Shown here piece after piece: positions 27,526 to 33,940 of a DNA stretch of 33,940 bases. Under the pieces are notes generated by a model. That model saw only the letters and a list, made by a program, of their open reading frames with translations, did not search any database and had not been told where the DNA came from. Location: contig JAAFKI010000070.1 of assembly GCA_021399345.1 (NCBI GenBank), positions 1 to 33,940 on the forward strand, read 5' to 3'. Both the position numbers and the translations under genes were made by a program. Source of the DNA: Candidatus Heimdallarchaeota archaeon (GTDB lineage Archaea; Asgardarchaeota; Heimdallarchaeia; Heimdallarchaeales; Heimdallarchaeaceae). Each line of letters starts with the position of its first letter. The first letter of the stretch is position 1.

Positions 27526-28365
27526 ATGATACATGTGTCAATCGATGACTATCTAGACGGTCTATTATCAGACACCGCAGAACCGTCTAAAAAAGCTATT
27601 ATGAAGCTTACTAAATTAATAGAGAATTTTGGAGAAATAATGGTCAAAAGCACCGAAAGAATGGAAGACTATATTGACACTCTCACTAATAGAATCAATG
27701 CTATTGAACATGCATTGGGCGTTTCATCTCGTGCTCCAGCTCCTTCAGCTGCACCATCATTTGATTCTCCTGTAGCTGCACCAGCAGCAGCAGCAGCATC
27801 TCCAAACTTAACAGCAAGTAACTCAAATCCAGTTGCAGCACCTAATTTATCCGCTACAGTTGGAACTCCTGATCTCAGTGGAGGTGGAGGAGGAATTCCC
27901 GCTCCATCTGGTAGTCAAGGATCCACCGGAGGAGGAGTCAGTAGTGCTGATCTTATGAAAGCAGCCTCCAATTTACAAAAAGCACCAGAACCTACACCAG
28001 GCGAACCTGGCGCACCTGGAGAAACACCAGTTTTTAGTCCATTTGGAGTTAGTGCTACCGACATCCAAGATGTTAGATCTGGATTAACTAAAGTTGATCC
28101 TGATGAACACAGGAAAGAAAGAACAGCAGCTGCAAGTGGAGAACCAGGTTCGATGCCTGCTAGCATGGCACTTAACTTAGAAGTCAAAGATGCTTTAGCA
28201 AAACGAAAATCAAGAACAGATGAAGGTGAAGATGCTGAATTTGAACCAACTCCTGTTGCACCAGCATCACCGCAAAAATCAACTAAACAAATGAAAGAAG
28301 CCTTGCAAGGAGAATTACGCGATGCGTTTAGCAGTCTTCTAGAGAGCGACACAAAAGAGGATTAA
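27526..28365 (+). CDS. Hypothetical protein with a coiled coil, Pro/Ala/Gly linker, tandem WH2-like motifs and a C/acidic-like tail (candidate actin regulator)
   Basis: GGTG at 27517-27520 precedes ATG 27526. Internal repeats GVSSADLMKAASNLQKA / GVSATDIQDVRSGLTKV and ALNLEVKDAL / ALQGELRDAF; KRKSR-TDEGEDAEFE. Confidence refers to the CDS; the function is inferred. Confidence 0.85.
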   Translation: MIHVSIDDYLDGLLSDTAEPSKKAIMKLTKLIENFGEIMVKSTERMEDYIDTLTNRINAIEHALGVSSRAPAPSAAPSFDSPVAAPAAAAASPNLTASNSNPVAAPNLSATVGTPDLSGGGGGIPAPSGSQGSTGGGVSSADLMKAASNLQKAPEPTPGEPGAPGETPVFSPFGVSATDIQDVRSGLTKVDPDEHRKERTAAASGEPGSMPASMALNLEVKDALAKRKSRTDEGEDAEFEPTPVAPASPQKSTKQMKEALQGELRDAFSSLLESDTKED

Positions 28366-28458
28366 ATAATATTGCTCTCTTTTCATACATTTTAAATTTA
28401 TATTACAAGAAGAAAATATTGTTGATTTTTTATATTTACAATTACAAGGTCGAAAACA

Positions 28459-30573
28459 ATGACATTAAATTTACAAAAATACATTAACTTTTTATTTAAA
28501 CAAAATACAAAAGAAAAACTGAATGATAACTTACAGGCTATTTTTAAAGAATCCAAAAATTATTCGGACAATATAAATGACCCTTATTATCAATGCAAAA
28601 ATGAAGAATTATTAGAAGTGTTTACTACTTCTTGGTCAGGTATTCAAGAGGAAATATCTGAAAGTATGGTTTATTATGCTTTTACATTATACTGGCTAGA
28701 TGCAATTAGTCTAGAATTGTACAGAGCAATACTACAAGAACTAGGATCTCAAAAACTGATTACAGATGAGTTACTAGTCGCTAGCTATTGGATGTTCTGG
28801 AAAAAACAAAATAAAATCGAAAAACCTAGAAGATATAGCTTTTACTCATTTCTTGAATTTATTAGGAAAATGGGTGTAGACCCTCTTAGTTTTCAAGATT
28901 TCGTCAATACAACTAAAAAGTTATTTCCAAATATGAAACTCTCAGAAAGGGAAATAGAGATTGGCAATGAAATTGAAAGATTTATCAAAAATATACAAGA
29001 AAGACCCCAGTATATAGAAGAGTTTTCAAGCTCAATTACTCCTGATACGATGAAGTATCTAGATTTCTATGTAGATCTTGAATTGATAAATAATCTAGCT
29101 TATTTCTCTGTAAAGAATATTAGTAAACAAATCAATTTAGAAAAGAAGATTTCTCTCGCTAATTTCCAGAAAATAATTGAGAAGGAATATGCCTCGAGAA
29201 AGATGAGAACTGTACCAACAGTCATAGATCCTGTTCTGGAACCCCATCTAGCAAAATTTGATGCAAAAGCTGTTTCAATGGAAAAGCTTGCAACACTACC
29301 AAAAGAACAAATGAAAGAATACGCTTCTATTAAGGCTTATTCAAGTCCAAAAAACGCTCAAAAAATACGTATCAGTTTTCTTGGTGGAGGCAATATTGGA
29401 AACATGGGGATTTTAGTTCAACATGACAATAATGCAATTTTACTTGATTTCGGGATGAGTGTTGCTAATTATTCTATTCCTAGATGGCATCCTTCACTCA
29501 AATATGTAAAAGCTGTTTTGGTAACTCATGCACATCTGGATCACACAGGGGCTTTACCTTATCTCATCAGACCGGAAAACGGGAAAAGGTGGTATGCAAC
29601 TCAGACTACTAAAATGTTAGCTGAAAAACTACTCTACTCAACCTCTTCTATCCTTCGTTCAAAGGGTATTACTAAAAAGAATGCCTCCCCATTTCAGAGT
29701 GTTTTTCTAAACAAATCAAATCTTATTAACCTCTTTAACGAATTTAATCCACTAAAGATTAACAAGACAGTAGAGGTAAGTTCAGGTTTTAAGGTAACCC
29801 CGTATTCAGCATCTCATCTTTATGGAAGTGTAAGTTACAAAATAGATGTTTTTGGAACAACAATTCTATTTACAGGAGATTTTTCAACTGATGAAAGCGA
29901 GTTATTCCCTGGAGCAAAACTTCCAACAGATTGTGATGTAACTATCTTTGATGGTACTTACTATAATAGAGAAACAGTGAAAGAAGATCCAAATACAGTG
30001 ATTTTACGAGCAGCGGAAACATGTGATCGCTTAATTATTCCTGCTTTTTCTGTTGGTAGAACTCAAGAAATGATCAAGAGATTAGAAAGATTAAGAGTAT
30101 CTGCTAAAAGAAGAGTTATGACTACTGGACTTGCAGCTGATGTTTCAAAATCCATGGGTTTAAGAGCTAAATTTGACATAGTCAAAAGCCTCTCAGCTGA
30201 CACTTTTGAAAATAGTGATATTGTTGTAACTGGTCATGGAATGTTACAGGGTGGAACAGCTAGGAAACTGATAGATGAAACCAGTTCAGATGAAAACACA
30301 GGCATTCTTATCTGTGGGTATCAAGCGCCCAACACACTTGGCTTTGCGCTCAAGAACAATCATTCCATTGCTAAAAAGAGATATCAACAAAAGGTATTTT
30401 CAGCTCACATAAGTGGACACAGTAGTTCAGAATCATTGAATGAATTCATCGATAAACTGAGTGGTAAAAAAGTGATGGTTCATACACCTGATAGAACAGT
30501 TCCAAGAGAGGAACATAAAGGGCTTATTATACCAAAATACAATCAGGAAATAATACTTAAAAACAAAATATAA
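28459..30573 (+). CDS. Beta-CASP metallo-beta-lactamase ribonuclease with an about 300-aa uncharacterised N-terminal extension
   Basis: FLGGG, LLDFG, THAHLDH, SHLYGS, FTGDF, DGTY, PAFSVGRTQE, GMLQGG, GYQAPNTLG, SGH, VH. Confidence 0.9.
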   Translation: MTLNLQKYINFLFKQNTKEKLNDNLQAIFKESKNYSDNINDPYYQCKNEELLEVFTTSWSGIQEEISESMVYYAFTLYWLDAISLELYRAILQELGSQKLITDELLVASYWMFWKKQNKIEKPRRYSFYSFLEFIRKMGVDPLSFQDFVNTTKKLFPNMKLSEREIEIGNEIERFIKNIQERPQYIEEFSSSITPDTMKYLDFYVDLELINNLAYFSVKNISKQINLEKKISLANFQKIIEKEYASRKMRTVPTVIDPVLEPHLAKFDAKAVSMEKLATLPKEQMKEYASIKAYSSPKNAQKIRISFLGGGNIGNMGILVQHDNNAILLDFGMSVANYSIPRWHPSLKYVKAVLVTHAHLDHTGALPYLIRPENGKRWYATQTTKMLAEKLLYSTSSILRSKGITKKNASPFQSVFLNKSNLINLFNEFNPLKINKTVEVSSGFKVTPYSASHLYGSVSYKIDVFGTTILFTGDFSTDESELFPGAKLPTDCDVTIFDGTYYNRETVKEDPNTVILRAAETCDRLIIPAFSVGRTQEMIKRLERLRVSAKRRVMTTGLAADVSKSMGLRAKFDIVKSLSADTFENSDIVVTGHGMLQGGTARKLIDETSSDENTGILICGYQAPNTLGFALKNNHSIAKKRYQQKVFSAHISGHSSSESLNEFIDKLSGKKVMVHTPDRTVPREEHKGLIIPKYNQEIILKNKI

Positions 30574-30588
30574 GGGAAAAGTAATTTT

Positions 30589-31914
30589 CTACTTCCCTAA
30601 TCCTATGCTTCTAAATATTATGCCTTTTTCTCTGAATTTTTCATAATCTAGAGTTCTTCTACCGTCAATAAGTAGAGGATTTTTCATATGTTTCTTAAAT
30701 AGTTCAGGAGTTAATTCAAGATATTCTTTCCATTCGGTAACTAAAATACAAGCATCTGCACCATTTAGTATATCTTCAATCTTATTTGATAGTGTTAAAT
30801 TCTCATGGCTTATGATTTCTTTAACATTGTTTATGGCCTTAGGATCAGTAGCGAAAACTTTAGCTCCTTTATCGAGTAAATAGTTGATTAAAGTTATAGA
30901 TACGGCTTCTCTGACATCATCTGTATCAGGTTTGAAAGCTAAACCGAGTACTGCGATTTTCTTATCTTCCAAAGTTCTATCTTCCATTTCTTCTGTCAAT
31001 ATCTTTGCTGCTCTAAATGGTTGAGCTTCATTAACTTGCATGGTAGCTTTAAGTAAATCAGAAGGCACACTCATTTCAACAGATTGATGGTGTAAAGCTC
31101 TAATATCTTTTGGGAAACATGAACCGCCATATCCAAGCCCAGCTCTTAAGAATTTGTCTGAAATTCGGTTATCCATACCTATACCTTTCGCAATATCTAT
31201 TATGTCAGTCCCGATTTTTTCAGCAATATTTGCTATCTCATTAATGAATGATATTTTCATGGCCAAAAAAGAATTTGCAGCAATTTTTATCATTTCAGCA
31301 GATGTTGGATCAACATAGAGAATAGGGCTATCAAGGTCTTTGTATGATTTTCCTATCATCTCCTGAGATTTCTTATCAATTCCTCCTATTACTATTCTAT
31401 CTGGTTCCAAAAAATCTCTTATAGCAACCCCTTCTCTAAGAAACTCAGGATTCATTCCTAAACCAAAATCCTTTCCAGCGATCTTTTGACTAGTTTCTTC
31501 CAATATTGGTTTAACTAGGTTCACAGTTGTTCCAGGGGAGCATGTACTCTTAACAGCAATTACCTTATACTGATCGGTTTTACCTAATTCTTCGCCTATT
31601 TTCTGTGTAGCATCCTTTAGAAAAGTATAATCATAAGCACCGCCTTCTCGTGTAGGTGTCCCAACGCAGATATAGATTAATTCGGATTCTGCTATTGCTT
31701 CACTCATGTTAAGTGTAGCTTTTATGTTTCCTTTAGACACCATGGTTTGTAACATTTCATCCAATCTTTCTTCAAAGATGGGAGCAATACCTTCGTTAAT
31801 TTTTTTTATCTTATCTTCAATAACATCAACACAGATTACATTATGACCTTTACTAGCAAAACAAGTTCCTGTAACCAGACCAACATATCCAGTTCCTATC
31901 ATAGCTATTTTCAT
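30589..31914 (-). CDS. ugd: UDP-glucose/GDP-mannose 6-dehydrogenase family protein
   Basis: GTGYVGL, CVGTP, KST, NPEFLREG, GYGGSCFPKD, GLAFKPDTDD.R, DGR. ATG at 31914. Confidence 0.93.
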   Translation of the reverse strand: MKIAMIGTGYVGLVTGTCFASKGHNVICVDVIEDKIKKINEGIAPIFEERLDEMLQTMVSKGNIKATLNMSEAIAESELIYICVGTPTREGGAYDYTFLKDATQKIGEELGKTDQYKVIAVKSTCSPGTTVNLVKPILEETSQKIAGKDFGLGMNPEFLREGVAIRDFLEPDRIVIGGIDKKSQEMIGKSYKDLDSPILYVDPTSAEMIKIAANSFLAMKISFINEIANIAEKIGTDIIDIAKGIGMDNRISDKFLRAGLGYGGSCFPKDIRALHHQSVEMSVPSDLLKATMQVNEAQPFRAAKILTEEMEDRTLEDKKIAVLGLAFKPDTDDVREAVSITLINYLLDKGAKVFATDPKAINNVKEIISHENLTLSNKIEDILNGADACILVTEWKEYLELTPELFKKHMKNPLLIDGRRTLDYEKFREKGIIFRSIGLGK

Positions 31915-32010
31915 TCTTCTCACAACACACTATGAAGTAAAATATATGAACATTTGTCCAGAAGCTGTCCATACAAAAAAGTTATGAACTCTTTCGGTTC
32001 AAAATACATA

Positions 32011-33321
32011 ATGTCTGTTTATAGGTCCATTGCAGATCAAGTTCACAAGTATATTGATATTTATGATAAAATAATAATTGACATCATCGATACATGGGAA
32101 TTCCAAAGACTAAGACGAATTATACAGCTTGGGGGAGTTTCAGCATCTTATCCTTCTGCTACTCACAGTAGATTTATGCACAGTTTAGGAACGCATCACG
32201 TTGCTAATAGGATAGGTCAATTTCTCCACAAGAAACACCCAGATATCTTTACTGAAGATGAGATTAAACAAGTAAGTTTAACAGCTTTAATCCATGATAT
32301 TGGTCATGGGCCATTTTCTCATATGTTTGAAGATACAACAAAAATGCTATGTAAAAATTATGAAAATTCTAATTGTACTAATAAGTATGGGATATTTCTA
32401 AGACATGAGAATATATCAGAACAAATTGTACTTGATGATGAATCGGAGATCGCGGTAATTTTAGAAAAAGAAGGCTATAATAGAAAGCAAATTGGTAACC
32501 TTATTCAGGGGAAAAGTGTAGATGATAAACCGTTTAAAAATCAAATCATTAACTCACAATTAGATGCTGATGCGCTTGATTATCTAATGAGGGATTCTGT
32601 ATCAACTGGTGTCTCTTTTGGAATGTACAATCTTGAACGATTATTTGATATGATGGAATTAACAAAAGATGGAACAATCACCATAAGAGAAAAAGGAGTA
32701 CAATCTGTAGAGCAAGTGTTTCTAGCTTTGTATATGCAGTTTAGCAGAGTTTACTTCCACAAAACAGTTAGATGTTATGAGTACATGCTAAAACTTTTCA
32801 TTTCTCAATTAATCCAGAAAATCGATGAGGGGAAGAACATAGCCAGTCTTCCATTTTTGAAGGATTTTACAGATAAGCCAAATTGGAAAACTTTGATGAC
32901 ACTAACTGATGATGTGATATATACACAATTGCATTATTCTGTAGCTAAAGAACAAAATGATGATTTCATCAAGAAATTGGCAAATGAAATACTTCGTAGG
33001 AATTTGTTCAAAAGCATTCCATTAACGGAGGATATGGCTGCAAAAGTCTTAGAAAATTCAGATAAAATCAATTTCATTGTAAGGAAACATGGATATCCTA
33101 CAATCAGCTGGGATATAGATCAATTTGGTAGTAGATATTATACTCCTTATGATGAGACTAATCGTAATGCTATTATGATTAAAATGAAAGAAGGTCAATT
33201 GAAACAACTTTCTGAGGTATCAGACGTAATAACAAGCTTGACAAAGCCCAAGTATAACAATCTGTTAATCTTTCCTGCTCCTTGTAGAAACGAAATTAAA
33301 AAACTAGTCAATGAGATATAA
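32011..33321 (+). CDS. HD-domain phosphohydrolase, SAMHD1/dGTPase-like family
   Basis: FQRLRRIIQLG, YPSATHSRFMHSLG, HDIGHGPFSHMFE, HE, DAD.LDYLMRD, VYFHKTVR. ATG 32011 is the likely start. Confidence 0.92.
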   Translation: MSVYRSIADQVHKYIDIYDKIIIDIIDTWEFQRLRRIIQLGGVSASYPSATHSRFMHSLGTHHVANRIGQFLHKKHPDIFTEDEIKQVSLTALIHDIGHGPFSHMFEDTTKMLCKNYENSNCTNKYGIFLRHENISEQIVLDDESEIAVILEKEGYNRKQIGNLIQGKSVDDKPFKNQIINSQLDADALDYLMRDSVSTGVSFGMYNLERLFDMMELTKDGTITIREKGVQSVEQVFLALYMQFSRVYFHKTVRCYEYMLKLFISQLIQKIDEGKNIASLPFLKDFTDKPNWKTLMTLTDDVIYTQLHYSVAKEQNDDFIKKLANEILRRNLFKSIPLTEDMAAKVLENSDKINFIVRKHGYPTISWDIDQFGSRYYTPYDETNRNAIMIKMKEGQLKQLSEVSDVITSLTKPKYNNLLIFPAPCRNEIKKLVNEI

Positions 33322-33339
33322 AAAGAAAAGGAAAAAGAG

Positions 33340-33695
33340 TTAGTAATTGTAGTCATCATTATTTTTTCTGTCATAGGTATTTTCGAATTTCTCTTCAACT
33401 TGAGGTTGTTGTATAGATGATTGAGCTGGTTGATGAGTAGTTTCTTCTAGAGATTCAGTTTCAGCAGTAACTATTCTTGCTTCCTTCTGTTTCTTCTTCA
33501 CTTCCTTTCTGTACTCTAGTGATTCATCTTTCAACCCACAATTCTTACTAAATTATTCTTATCAGTAAAGTCGTTTGAATCATTAGTTATTTCCCTTATT
33601 GAGTAGTTGGCATATGTTTTTTGTTGTGGTACAATCGGAAGTACTAGAAAAACAATAATGACTCCTAAGAAAATAAGATTCTTTTTCGAACTCAT
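33340..33695 (-). pseudogene. Probable remnant of a secreted or membrane protein gene: a 54-aa signal-peptide ORF (33531-33695) joined out of frame to a charged C-terminal tail (33340 to about 33550)
   Basis: MSSKKNLIFLGVIIVFLVLPIVPQQKTYA...RIVG* overlaps a different frame reading CGLKDESLEYRKEVKKKQKEAR...NNDDYNY*. Confidence 0.5.
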
Positions 33696-33750
33696 AATTT
33701 ACAAATAGTGAAATTTTACAAAAAAATGTTCGTATTAAGGCTATCAAAAT

Positions 33751-33775
33751 AAAAAAATTGGGAGAGGTTATCTCC
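33751..33775 (-). terminator. Short hairpin plus T-tract terminator
   Basis: Minus strand GGAGA-taacc-TCTCC-caaTTTTTTT spanning the stop codon at 33768-33770. Confidence 0.5.
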
Positions 33776-33938
33776 TTTTCTTTAAGGCTACTACAATAAC
33801 ACCTATTCCAAAGAATGCAACAAGACCAGTAACCCATTCAAAAGCCAGATTAATAGGACTTGTGATATTTTGCAAGAGGAAGTTGTATTTTATTGTGAAA
33901 CCCATTGCACTTACTTTCATGTAAATTTTGATTTCTTC
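33768..33938 (-). CDS. 3' end of a surface protein with a C-terminal TM anchor and basic tail (runs off the window; not in the ORF track)
   Basis: Manual translation: ...EEIKIYMKVSAMGFTIKYNFLLQNITSPINLAFEWVTGLVAFFGIGVIVVALKKRR*. Confidence 0.8.
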   Translation of the reverse strand, partial: EEIKIYMKVSAMGFTIKYNFLLQNITSPINLAFEWVTGLVAFFGIGVIVVALKKRR

Positions 33939-33940
33939 AA

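Noticed and set aside
27915-28352. 145-aa antisense ORF over the WH2-like gene
   Set aside because: Shadow of a relatively GC-rich, Ala/Pro/Gly-biased sense gene; no independent protein features.
28459-33321. Beta-CASP plus HD hydrolase as an antiviral defence system
   Set aside because: They are separated by an opposite-strand ugd, both families have housekeeping roles, and no defence-island context is present.
33583-33837. 84-aa Cys-rich minus-strand ORF
   Set aside because: It is an alternative frame across the real surface-protein 3' end, its terminator and the next gene start.

Overview
AT-rich (roughly 30% GC by eye), gene-dense archaeal DNA, most consistent with an Asgard archaeon, probably Heimdallarchaeia-like. 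This placement is inferred from archaeal Taw1/TYW1, two tungsten AORs, a methanogen-type SerRS, TATA boxes about 22-32 nt before start codons, C-terminally anchored surface proteins and HEAT solenoids. The window opens in the 3' part of an IS200/IS605 TnpB with a rearranged RuvC, followed by an orphaned gene tail. It then carries mostly housekeeping and envelope genes: an RHH regulator, two HEAT proteins, taw1, GtrA, a beta-helix surface protein, two AORs, a methyltransferase, YdjM, a 2-hydroxyacid dehydrogenase, a VTT/DedA protein, a giant MacB/FtsX ABC pair, serS, ltaE, a beta-CASP nuclease, a UDP-sugar dehydrogenase and an HD hydrolase. The standout is the 'hypothetical' gene at 27526-28365. 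Its order is N-terminal coiled coil, Pro/Ala/Gly linker, two tandem WH2-like motifs, a basic amphipathic 'C' helix and an acidic patch, which reads like a WASP/WAVE-style (V-V-C-A) actin regulator in an archaeon. All homology calls are by motif recognition only; no searches were run.
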